64,000 nucleotides of DNA, taken from contig OX442314.1 of the NCBI GenBank assembly GCA_949358305.1, positions 15,128,001 through 15,192,000 on the forward strand, written 5' to 3'. Positions within the stretch are counted from its first letter, which is position 1; every line of letters begins with the position of its first letter. Made by a program: the position numbers and the translations under genes. Below the pieces are notes generated by a model. That model had not been told where the DNA came from, made no database searches, and was given only the letters and a program-made list of their open reading frames with translations. Source of the DNA: Strigamia acuminata. Its lineage: Eukaryota. Below, piece after piece: positions 29,501 through 41,650 of this stretch.

Positions 29501-32500
29501 TAGGGGGGAGGCAGTGTGTCCTATTCACGACTGATGGTGTTGTGTGATGGGAGAGAGAGAGGTTCCTATGCACTCAACTACAACAGCTCTATCAGCTGCT
29601 CCTTCAAGCAAGGAAATATTGGCAAGAAATGCTGCAAAAACCTCGCAATTTTTCCAATTTTTATTTTTATTACATAAAAAAATAAAACTATAGAAAAAAA
29701 AATTTTTTTTTCAATTAATAAAAATAAACAAAAATGAGATTAAAAAGTAAATCGCGACCATTCACCCCGCCAAGTGAATCTAAATTAAAGGTCAAGTCAG
29801 TCCTAACCTCATGTTTTCTTCCACCCACCACACGTCGTCTTTTTGTTCAAAACCACGCGCCACGGGGTCCTCCAACCTCACCACCGGCTCGGATGAGAGG
29901 CAGGTTAAGGCGCTGTAGCCGAAGGTATCCCGCTGACCACCAGAATGGATATTTCACAGGAAACGACCACCTTCAATAGTGCAAGCAAAATACCTGCGAG
30001 GGAAAGAAGGCAAGGCGGACAAACAAAACGAGTAAAAAAACATTTCGCTCAATCAAGCCCTTTCATTACGTAAATAGAAATTGCAACTGTGAAAAACACC
30101 TTCGGATCGTAAACAGATGAAGGGGGAAAGCAATCCAATTCTAAATTTCACTTCACACGCAATCTTGATTAACTTTGACATCACTATGCACCAGAAAAAA
30201 AATTCAATCAACAGATTTTAAAACTCCCTTGCATTTCCACGTCCATTAACTGTTTTTAGAAAACTTCTTTTTATGTTATGAACACTCAACAGCAGAAAAA
30301 AAACACTACCCTGCAGTGAAAATACTAAAAAATCAAAGACTGATAACGAGTATAAAATGATGAAGAATTCAATCTTTTTTTTTTACATTTTATTTTCTCC
30401 TCCCAGTGCCATTCCCATCTTCAAAATTAGACCTAATTATCATTTGAGAATGGGCATTACATATGATCACTAAGTATAGACTTGCTTTGCCCATTTTTCG
30501 TCCTCTTTTAGGGCAATGAATGGGCTCTTACAACTTGTTGCAAAATACAGGCCTTTCATCTGTTAATTTTATACTCACGGGCCATTTCACAGCCCTCTAT
30601 TTAGTGACAAATACAAATGGATACACACCATTATCTTTTAAGCACAATTATAACCTCGTATTCTAAAATTAACAACCAAAAAAAAATTATAAAAAAACTT
30701 TTTCCCCCCTCTAAATTCTCACATCATTTACAACGGGACGTAATTAAAAGAAACCATAAAAAAAATCATAAAACAACATTTTATTTCTTAACTTTTCTTC
30801 TGGATAAACATAATTTCTCATTTGCACCTTCTAAACTTGCTTAGAAGTCATAAAACTATAAGAAATGAATAATCTTCTGCATAAAAATGCATCTTTATTG
30901 CCTAATCACATATTCAAAACAAAAAAAAAATAATAAGAGATATCAAAAGCCAATAGTACATTGATCTTAAAAAAGAAAGAGTCAAATGAAAGGAACATTC
31001 ACCGTCCAATAATTCAAAACATATTTCTAATTACCACCTTGCTCTTGTGAATAGGAAGTCTAATCAGTCATCTTTGAGGTGTCCATAGGTCAAAACATGG
31101 CCCACAGGCGATTTACCTGTACAACAACATACCAGTAGCTTACAAGCAAAAAGAGGCAAATGCAACTGTTGTTCACTTTTATCATCTTTAGGTCTATTTG
31201 AACAGACTAGAATGACAGTCAACAACAAGAGAGAAAGAATGAGACAAATGTCTCCTCCCTGTTGACTGGGTGGTGCAGGGCTCATTCATTCAACCGCCCT
31301 CTGTATTTGCTCTACCAAGGGTGAGTGAGGACGTTGTTCAGCTCCTTGAGGGGCCAAAGGGGAGTTAAACACACATAGTGATGTCAGCATACACTCAACA
31401 AATCCATTTTTTGCTCCTTTTAAAGTAATTTCTAATTAGGACTACATTACTTTCAAAGAAAACGCACCAACCTTGATAAATTTATTAACAAACAACCTTC
31501 GAGCATATCAAAACTCAACTTTTTCTACGCCGTGGTAGTAAAAATTTAAATATTTAAAAAATGTGGATTCATTGATTTTTTTTTTTCTATTGGAATGGTT
31601 TCAATTAGAGTTAGTTGCGTTTCAATCTCGCAAAACGTCCATTTTTAAACATTTCACCCGTTTTTTCTTCTTTTTTTTTATATAAAGAATTTTAATTATC
31701 TTATTAATAAATTACAAACGAGAAATGACAACCTGGAAAATGTCAAACATCATTTTCTCCAGCCACTTACACCCAGCCTTTATATAGACATTTCTGTATT
31801 TCGCAAGTAAAATTTCTGCAAATGTACAGTATAAATTAAAATACCAAATGTCTTTGGAAGCTTATGGAACTTTACGCAAAGATTCGCTCAAATGTCCAAC
31901 ATACCTCCAGCACCCCCAAGGCCATCCAGCTGGCTATGCTGTGCAGAAGTGTGCCAGTGGACTGGACCTTTGCCAGGTTGAGACCATTTTCAAACGCAGG
32001 GGCCGATATAAAAACAATCTCACAACTAAAATCGTGTGCATTTATTGGCAAATTAGTTTAAAATAATTCCCCAAAACAAAAAATTAAAAAAATAAAACCA
32101 CCTTTCCATCTAAAAAAAAAAGAAAAAAAAGAAAACTTGTATTGAAAGTCACCCTACACAACCCTTTTGGCACTACTAGGAAAATCCATTTTAAAACCTG
32201 ACTCTTTTATTGTCTTTAAATCACATTGATTTTACACCGGCTTCGACTGTTGTTATCGGATAGTGTAAACTCGCACTGGGCGCAAACCAAACCAAAATAA
32301 GCCCACGTGACTTGCAAACCAACGCACAACCACTGATGACGTCCACTTCTCGTGGCCTGCAGAAAAGTAACATCCTATGGCAGTTGGTTTTACGAGTTTA
32401 TCTCCCTGTCGTCAGCAATAAATAACTCGTTGTTCCTGTGTGAAGAGAGAACTGCGTCTGGCTGCAAGCAAAGACCACCATTTTGCAAGTCACAGACCAT

Positions 32501-33165
32501 TCAAAGAATTAATTAAAAAATAATAAGAATAATAAATCAAGACACCCGCGCATCTTAATTAAAAATCCTTATGGAGCTCAATTCACCCTCCGTCATAAAC
32601 TCATAAACTGCGGCCAGGTTCATGGCAAACATATTACGGCCTCGTAAAGCCAATTTACTGCGACTGACCAAATCGACGGACATGAGAGACATCCCTTCAA
32701 TCAATAGCAATAAAATTAAGCTCGGCGCCTTCGCCACACAAATTTAATAAAAGAAAAACCCAGAAAAATTCACAATGGCGCAAGCCTAAGCTTGACTTCC
32801 AAACACATTTTCTTTTAAGTTTGAAAAAAAAAAAAAAAAAAACTCAGACCCATTGACCTCAACAAAAAAGGGAAAAAGAAGGGCACATTCCATTCTGCAT
32901 CATTTCCTCCACTTGTTTAGCTAAGGCTACAAAAGCCAAAATGGCGTCCGTATTCATTCAAATGCAATGTCCAAGTCACCGATTTTTATTATTTTAAAAA
33001 AGTAGTTTGATCTGAACACAAGTAAGGTGGCAATTCACAACAGGAGATGTGAAGGCCGACTCGCTGCAACGTCACGGCCTAGCATTATTTATACTAGCAA
33101 AGTAAACCGCAACGAATAATTCGACGAAAATATTATTCTAATCATTTTACTTTTGTTTACGTTTA

Positions 33166-33166
<1 letters not shown>

Positions 33167-33211
<45 letters not shown>
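33167..33211 (+). repeat. A45 homopolymer
   Basis: 45 consecutive A. Confidence 0.95.
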
Positions 33212-33212
<1 letters not shown>

Positions 33213-33846
33213 ACCTAAAGATAAATAAATAAAAACGTAGTCCATTTATTTTGTTTAGATCAATACGAAAACCAGTTCAACAACTTTTTCCTTTCAACAT
33301 TTTGCAGTAACAGGTAAATTAAATTACTACCTCAAAAACTGCAGGTGTGCCCAGGTGCTAATCCACTTCAAATCTCCTCACTAGACAAACTTTTTTTCTT
33401 CTTCAAAAAATAGAACTCCCAGCCCACCATTAACAAAAAAAAAATATTTTATGTCCTTCAAGGTCACTCGAAGTAGAGAAAATTTCAAATAAAAAAAAAA
33501 ATGTAAAGTTTGGGTTCGCCTAAATGATCAATTATTTCCCCCTAAAAAACGGCCGTTTTAAGCACACCCCTTCCTGTTTAAATTTCTCCACAAACGTGTC
33601 CAAGTATAGCGGCATTCCAGAAGTCCACAACGGCCTAAACCTACCGTAAAGTCGAAACAGCGTCCTGTTCGTAGGAGGAATCATCTCGGGACAGCAACTC
33701 ATGCACTTTCCTGCAAAACCGTATCAAGGTCGAACTCAGTGTCCCGCCAAAACGACAAAAAAATATGTGTTAGAAGAAATTCCCCATCCCACAACATTAA
33801 GAAGGCAGGCGAGAAAGCGAGAGAGCACCAGAGGAGGAGCACTCAC

Positions 33847-33875
33847 CGCTTCTTCGCCGCGTTGTTCCCGCTCAT
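33847..33875 (-). CDS. sima: Probable HIF-alpha alternative first coding exon 1b: MSGNNAAKKR|
   Basis: cccgccATG Kozak context, CG|gtgagt perfect phase-2 donor, CpG-rich. Same short basic-ending phase-2 first exon as vertebrate HIF1A (…NDKKK|) and EPAS1 (…KEKKR|). Confidence 0.68.
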
Positions 33876-33999
33876 GGCGGGAGCCCAAAATGAGACGTCG
33901 CAGAGGAGTAGAACGAACGCCGAGCACACCACGAGGATGACGCATGGCCGCCAAACAAGCGCGTGGATTAACGGGCAAAAGCCGATATTGTAGGGCACG

Positions 34000-34110
34000 G
34001 GCGTGAGGCCAGTCGAAGGAGCACACGCGGCCAGAGGGGCCACCAGTCGCGTCGCGCTTTCTCATTGGCTGAGACGTACACTTATAGCCGCGTTCATTGG
34101 TCGCTTTAGG
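34000..34110 (-). promoter_or_regulatory. CpG-rich promoter of exon 1b with two CCAAT boxes and a TATA-like TATAAG
   Basis: Minus-strand CCAAT at 34100-34096 and 34068-34064, TATAAG at 34086-34081, about 200 nt upstream of the exon 1b ATG. Confidence 0.5.
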
Positions 34111-36009
34111 ATTAATAATTTATCGCACAATCTGCGAAGCAAAAATATCTTCGTTTCAAACGCACGGCCCTCGAAACGAAATTCAAACTGCCGAATTAAA
34201 AAAATTAAAAAATTCACCAAAAAAAAAAACAAAGAAAATTCAAAAGAAAAAGAAAATTAATCGACAGCAAACAAACATCGTTTTCTTTCATTTCATGCAC
34301 ATTTCCACCCCCTATTTCACACTTGAGCATCAAGACGACTTCCCTAGAAAGTAGAAACAGCCTTGAGCCGGAGACTGACGCTCACCCTAGCGTCCGAAAA
34401 GAGGGGCAGGAACGCAGGGCGCGTAATCACTGCCTTCAGGGGAGGAGGAGGAGGTGCGCGTGAGGCAGTAATGACAGCGTGGCCAGCCAAGGGAGGGGGT
34501 GGACAGGTGTGCAGGGCGGAAGTAGAGGGAGAGCCACAAGTTCACCACGTATTTTTTTATAATGATGCTTCATTTACATATCATTATATAATAACTGAAT
34601 TCCTCAGGTACAATTTAATGTTTTTATAATGTCAATTAAAACTTAATTTACTTTTTACGATTTTTTTCCAAGAAATAAAAAATTTAAAAAAAAAAAAATT
34701 GAATAAAATTTTTTATAATTTTTTTATTATTAAATTCTCGATTTAAAACTAAACTTAATAGTGCATTGTGTAGTGACATTTCAAATATCCATCTAAACTC
34801 ATCTGTATCATCCGCATTCACCTGTCAGTCAGATTCATACAGAGCTTCATTACACAATCATCTTTTTTTCTTCCCGAATCTTTTTTTACATTTTTCTCTT
34901 TCAAATATTTTTTTCCCTTCATCATCGCTGTCTGGATTTAATTTTTTTTCCAAATCAAAAATAAAAGTCAGTCGTGCAAGAAAAATATTCCACAACAACA
35001 ACACCGTGGACAGGTCAGTTTGGAAAATTAAACACCTTTTCTCGAAACCTGTTTGGTCACTTGGGATAATCTACCTTTTACCTTTTGATACCAGTTTGAT
35101 AATGATAACTGATGAAGCCACTGAGTCCTCAACACCGACTAACATTCCCAACAAATATATATATATATATAATTTAAATTAATTTTTTATAATGACAACT
35201 AATCACGTGAGTTATATTTCGAAATAAAAAACAACCTAACAATAAAAATTAATAATTATTTTTGGAAATTAATTTGCAGATGTTTAGTCGTGATTAAGGC
35301 AAATCCCAAACTGCAAATCCTACGATATTACCGCAATATATACTAAATGAACTTAAGTCCATTAAGTCCAGTTAATTATCCTCTTGTTTCCCAGACCAAT
35401 TTCACGCATGGCCAACTAAACACGACAGAACATTTTCCACCTAACGATCTCTACAAAACGGAACGAGGCAAAGCAAAGCTAAAGATTATCCTTCTGTTCT
35501 ACTCAACCAATTCAACTTGCACTTTGCGCAAAACAACAATTCAATTTTGAAAGAAAGAAAAAAAAAACAAGGAAATTAATTATTTAAAAAAAATAAATAA
35601 AGAGAACTGAAGGAAAAAAAATTGATATATACCAGTAATTGACGTTAAAAAATGATGATAAACATCTGAGAAACTATTTAAAAAAAAAAAAAAAAAAACT
35701 AGAATTCATTTAAGCACCTTTTACTGAGATGCGGAAAACAGTCAACACTACAAAAACAATAAATTTATTATCCATTTTTTTAAGTCCTATTTTTCTAAAT
35801 TAAAAACCCAAACCGAAAAGCAAAACAGCTTTAACATTTCAACTAAATACACTAAAACGAAAACGCGGAAGAGACTACACAGAAATTCCTCATCAGACTT
35901 GGAAATGACAACTAACACAACACATTCTTTGTTTTCAATTGGCACCGAAGACAAATTGACCTCAAAAAATATAATTAAAATAAAAATTCCCAAGAAAGAA
36001 AAAAAAATT

Positions 36010-36013
<4 letters not shown>

Positions 36014-36040
<27 letters not shown>

Positions 36041-36046
36041 CACACA
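36014..36046 (+). repeat. (CA)n microsatellite
   Basis: About 16 CA units, ~120 nt into the intron after exon 1a. Confidence 0.95.
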
Positions 36047-36166
36047 AACTACCAAACTAGGTTACGCAAATAACCGACACTATAAAACCCCGCACGTGAC
36101 AACTTCTTCAGCTTGTCATCCAACTTTCAACCGCTACTACACTACTATAAATTACAACAATCTTAC

Positions 36167-36237
36167 CTGAAGTATTGGTAACCCTGCGGGATGTGTAAAT
36201 CCATTGGCATGGCTCCGTATCCCTCGCCGCTCTGCAT
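36167..36237 (-). CDS. sima: Probable HIF-alpha (similar) first coding exon 1a: MQSGEGYGAMPMDLHIPQGYQYFR|
   Basis: ATG at 36237, upstream in-frame TGA at 36282-36280, strong AG|gtaaga phase-2 donor. The PMDLHIPQGYQ-FR motif matches my recollection of arthropod HIF-alpha N-termini directly before NSEKRKEKSRDAAR. The bHLH exon is not in the window. Confidence 0.7.
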
Positions 36238-38926
36238 CGTGTCGACGAGGACGAGATTAACTTCGACCGTCCACGGGCCTCATATCACGGACACCTCCTG
36301 TAATGCACGGAGCGCCAACAGGTAAAAATAAAAAAAATAAAAATTTCTTCAACTTCAAATTTCTTATTTTCTTTTTCTTTCTCTCAGTTAATTGTCTTTA
36401 GAAAAAAAAAAAAAACTAAAAACTAAGTTATTGCATAAGTATCCGTGAGGAGGCACCACGCCACCGAGCGAGGAACCAACTGGGCCAGTTGTGCACCGCG
36501 CCTCAAGCTCCTCCGCCGCTCACCAGTGACATCACTTCGTCACGTGGTGCAGTGGGCCTCCTCAGCTCACGGACCCTCCAGCCACATACGAACAGACCAC
36601 ACGATCTGCTCTCTGGCGGTCACCGTACCTCAACACGTGGAATGGATAATAAAAGATTGATTTTTTGCAATTCCAAACGTTTATTTTACGACATTTTAAT
36701 TTTATTTTCTTCTTTAAATAACAGAAGAAAAAAAAAATTAAAAATTAAAAAAAATTAAATTAAATAAAATTAAATAAAAAAATTTCAAAATTCAAACTTT
36801 TCGAAATATCCTCCCCGACTAGACTTTTTTTCTTCTTTTAGTAACTAAGGGCTTATTGAAACTCCAGCACATCTCGCATTACCAACGACTCAATACTCTC
36901 CCCAAAGGGTTGGAACTGGACCCTGTATGACCAAGGTATATAACGGACGTGTAGAAATACCTAACTTCAACCCTTTCCAATCCTCTCATTTTCCCCCCAC
37001 GTACAAATGGAATTCAAACCAAACGTTTAATTTCTTATTCGAAACCCATACTCCTAATATTTTAGAAAAAAATAAAAAAGAAAGTAATAAAAACGAAAAA
37101 AAGAAAAGAGAGATAGAAAGCACAGAAGGAAAAAAAGAGCAATTCTACAGACGAGCAGCTCGTCGTCAAGATGCCGTCATCCCCCACCGCATGCTCGGCA
37201 CGTACGCGTCCGTGCTGGGCGCACCCTACACGGATACTGTATAACCGGCAACGCAATCCCATTCCCGGCACACACTAGGCCGACGTCCGCATCCCTGTCC
37301 ACAACTAAACCTTCATCCAGCAAATATCGGATAAATCTTCGAATTTCCTAACCTAAGGTAAGAAATTGTTCACTATATTTCTTTTTCAACTTCTGATTTA
37401 TTTTCCTTCAAACATTTAAAAAAAAAAAATCAATTTTAATTAATTAATTTTTTTTTTTTTAAATCTTTCTTAATTTGTTTTCTTTTCCTGCAATCAATTT
37501 ATCTCAATTTGTCCATTCTTTTTTGTGTATTTTCAGTGGCTTAAAGCACTTCTTGCATGGACCCAAATGCGTTATCGGGTGATGGCTCAGCCAGTTGCTC
37601 TGCCGTTTCCGTTCGAAGCGTCTGGGGAGAGAAGGAAAATTGCCCATCCGTGGACAATTCGTGGTCGGGCATCAGACTCGCAATAATTAATTTGCGTCCA
37701 GCGTAGAAAGGAATGAGTAAAGAGAGTGAAGCGACATTTCCATTTCCTTTGGACCACAATACAAAGCAAGATAGGAACGCGGAGTAGCGACGCCGAAGTC
37801 GCACTTATGTCAGGTTAGCTATATAGGCAATACACATCCCCTTTTATGGTCCCAACTAATTACATATTGAACCGTCAACTTGCACAAAAGCCACTTTAAA
37901 CTGTTTATTATTATTAACTCGCAACTTTCCAAACTTATTTGAATAACCGAATCAAACACTTCTCTCGTTAGGCCTATACAAACGACGGCGTGTTTAATGC
38001 GTTATCGAGTTGTTTGCCGTATAAATAATCGGAGGAAAGTGAAAGGCACAAAGGGCAAAAATTGAAAACAAAGTGCCTCTCGTGGCACGTGAGGTGTGCC
38101 TTCACATCGTGATTCAAGTTGCAGATAAAGAGATAACCAAAAAAGAGCATTTAAATCATTACTGGCTCGGCAGTGCGAGAAAACGTTCCCACTTATTTCC
38201 AACCCTTTCAAACTCCCTAACCATACACCATTAATGATTTTATTACTGCAAAACTCAACAAAAAATTCGTACAAATTAATAAACGAGAGAAATTCAAGTT
38301 TTCTTTGCACTTGAGTGAACGGAGTAAAGTTAAGTGACAAAAACGCCCACAAACAACTCACGGGCGTCATGGCAAACGCCATCATGAGCTGTAGTTACGA
38401 GTCTCACTTTTAATCCAGTTCTACCGAGACCCCATAAAGGGAATTTGGGCGAAATAGAATTTTAAACAGTTTACAAACATTTCCACGATGGTGTTTTATT
38501 TAGTACAACAAACAAACTTGCATCGATCCAATCTATATATCCAGACATGTGTTGGGTGATTTTTTTTTCCGTTTTTACTTCTTTTTAAACTGAGACAATC
38601 TACCACACTTCCCTCGTCAGCACCGTCATTACCAACAGTGATAGGGTCACGCAAAACGCACATCGACTGAATGTCAAATGGCCGAGCTTGGAACTTGCGG
38701 GTAGACAAAACGAGTTTATGTTTCAAAAAATCAACATCAATTTAAATAACGTGAATTCTCGGCTCACAATCACTCAAAAGAAAAAAAGAGAATTGCATTT
38801 CAAACAAAAATAAAAATATCCGAGTTTAAGTACATACATTTTTTTTAAAAAAGCGACTGAGACACGCGTAATTTTATCACTCGATATTGGTCACGGATAA
38901 AAATATTTTTGAAAAATGTATCTCAC

Positions 38927-39116
38927 CTGTCGAGCGTTTCAATAGCGCGTCCCAAGCGGCGAGGGCGGAGCGTGAGTCGCCGTGGATGCTTCCTGCCAAC
39001 TCTGCTTCTGCCTCAGCCATGTGCTGCGATCCCATTTCAGTTCGAGCGTTTGCCACCAGACGGCAGACAGCGTCCATGCGACTTATGATTGATTGGTTAG
39101 CACATATTGAAGAAAC
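38927..39116 (-). CDS. Internal exon with one open frame (VSSICANQ...ALAAWDALLKRST-G); probable uORF or small-protein exon
   Basis: attatcag| acceptor and G|gtgaga donor. GC-rich 190-nt block in AT-rich flanks; the other two frames stop early. Confidence 0.65.
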
Positions 39117-41644
39117 CTGATAATAATGTTGACAATTAAAAAAATTAATGAATTCAAATGGTTATCAATCCATGTATCCTACGAGTTAAAACATTTCAGA
39201 TAAAAAAGCAAGATAAAAAGCAATTTCTCAAAGTTAATGTTGATTTCACTACTGCAGCAATGAAATTTTATAGTCGAAATTGCTATGACGAACCAAAAAA
39301 AAATTGAAATCAATTTCGATTAATAAAACACCCGAGTTTTGCCACACAAGTTTGCACACTAGACGCATTCATTTAATCTTGTTTATATTTTTAAAACCAG
39401 TGTAAATGTAAAATTATACATTACTTACTGCTCCGTTACTCTTCCCATTCTTAATTTTTTAATCAATAACTAGTAAATAAATATTTTTCATTTTTGCTTA
39501 TCAATTTATCTTGTATTTACTTTATTCCAGGCATCAGCTAAGACCATCGATGCAACCGGCAAAGTATGTCATAAAATACCTTCAAAAACAAGAGAACCAA
39601 AATCATTACAATATAACTAGATTACAGTTATAAACTCCTGTAATCATATAATTTTAAATAAAAAAAAAAATTATATTTCATGCGTGCATTTCCCATATTT
39701 CTTAAAATAAAAACCAAAATAAACAAGAACAAAAAATAAAAAAATGTAAACTATAAAACACAAACAAGGAAACAATAAAAATCAAAACTTCCTATTTATC
39801 TTTAAATGAAATAATTAAAAACCTACCCAACTATTATTCATATCCTCTTTAAAAGTTGCTCGATTCAAAACTTCATGTTTCGAATATCAAAAAGCAACAT
39901 CGCCAAACGCCACATAAAAACATCGGCCGGGCAAACCCCAAGGACCCAATCCAAGCCCCACTGCCCAATCCATCCAGGAAGAAGAAATAATTAATTTAAC
40001 CGGCTCTTTATCTCAAAAGACTTGTTTATGAAATATGATAGAGATCTTTATTGATTCTCCCGCAAGTGCTTTTCCTACTTTTTCACCATCGCCATCCTCC
40101 ATCCGACTTCTTATTTAATCAAGCAAACCCGCCCATCTCGATCGCTGCCACGCCGAGCATGCGAGCAACGTGCCACAGTTTCGTCCGGGCAAAACCAAAA
40201 CAACGCTCCGGGCTCAGCCACTACCCCGTGCCCGCCCTGCACACGGTTCTAGTCACGTAGCTCACGCAACCAGCGCCGTCACGTCCCCGTAAGTCACGAG
40301 GCCCTGTGCAGCCGCACGGAATAGCCTGCCATTAGCTCTTCGGCCCCTGCCCGCTAATTGGCATTAGGATTACGGCAAAAGGTTCTTCGCCGCACTGGAC
40401 TACCACATATTTCCGACTCAAATAATCTTCTTCTCATTTTTTTTCTTATTGAATTAGCTTACTTGTAAATTAACTGGCCAATTTGCATGCAACGTGTTAT
40501 TTGCTTGGACGTGACTAAACTCTCCGGACATCTCCAATCAGAGCTTTTGCTCAAACTCAAACCATTTAATTTTGCAAACAAAATTTGTGTAAAAATCCAT
40601 TAAAAATCAATTTTAAACGCAAACGTTGTTTTTGGGCGTGTTTTTAAACCTAGTTACAGTAATTATAGAAAATGTAGCATGAATATAAAAATACTGATTT
40701 TTAACTTCTCACCTAGTCATCAAGAGATGACGACCTCAAATCGTTCGTCATCACCTCACGAAGCTACCTGAATGTGTGACGTAACTAGACTATAATATGT
40801 AATTAACCAGACGAACCTTGTTATTATCTCGCGCTCAATTTTTCTTCTTTTTCGCTACAAAATTTACGGGGGAAAAAAAGCATACCGTTATTAATTAGTC
40901 GAACTTGTTTAATAATTGAATAGATTCATATTAATTAAAGAAATCAGTTTGTAATGTATCGATTTTTGTGAAGTTTCGCAAATTAGTGAGATTGAATATG
41001 GAACCCGCCACTACATCGCCGTAACCCGCGCGACGACCGGACATGGCACACAAGTCACGCCCGTGTGATTTATTAGCAAAGATTAATAGCCATTCTCACA
41101 TTTAAACTTGGCAGAAACCTACTTCTATTTGAAAATTAATGTTGGAATCAGGCCACTCGCTTAAGTTCATCCATTCAACAATTTTAAATCGCTAATAAAA
41201 GATACAATTGTAAGGTATACACCGCAAGTTGTAAATTCACACTTCTAAACACAGGCAAGTGGCTAGCAAACCTAGCAATTTCATTTCAATTACATTTTCA
41301 AGTGTTTTAAGTAACACTACTTCCCTTAATTGACATTTCTCGTCGTGCCATTCCGGAGCCGATGTCGATTTTTAACGCGGATAAAAAAAAATGTTCAGAT
41401 AAAAACCATGTTAATAAACTCGGAACATAAATGGCCTCAATCTTTACAAATTAAATTCATTTAGCCAGCAAGAAACTATTTGTAACTATTTGGCACATGA
41501 TTAATTATCTATTGCAAACAAAAAAATGTAAATCATAATTTTTAAAATTATTTAATGTAAAAAAAATTCGTTTGCAACGTCGTTTCAATAGACAAATAAG
41601 TCTCAGTTAAGGTTTTACAATCCATTTTAACAATTCTAACTTAC

Positions 41645-41650
41645 CGCCAT
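41645..41650 (-). other. Coding end of a putative distal first exon (ATG GCG|gtaagt) of the downstream gene
   Basis: aagataATGGCG|gtaagt: perfect donor, A at -3, within a locally CpG-rich stretch (about 41650-41900). Phase 0 matches the exon at 38927-39116. Confidence 0.6.

Noticed and set aside
33167..33211. A45 run as a retrotransposon or retrogene poly(A) tail
   Set aside because: No evident target-site duplication or upstream element body, and A runs are ubiquitous here.
6767..39116. Interpretation of the downstream gene as a Pax gene (phase-1 G| exons before GHGGVNQLGG)
   Set aside because: No paired box was found, and the two best first exons are phase 2 and match HIF-alpha N-terminal patterns.
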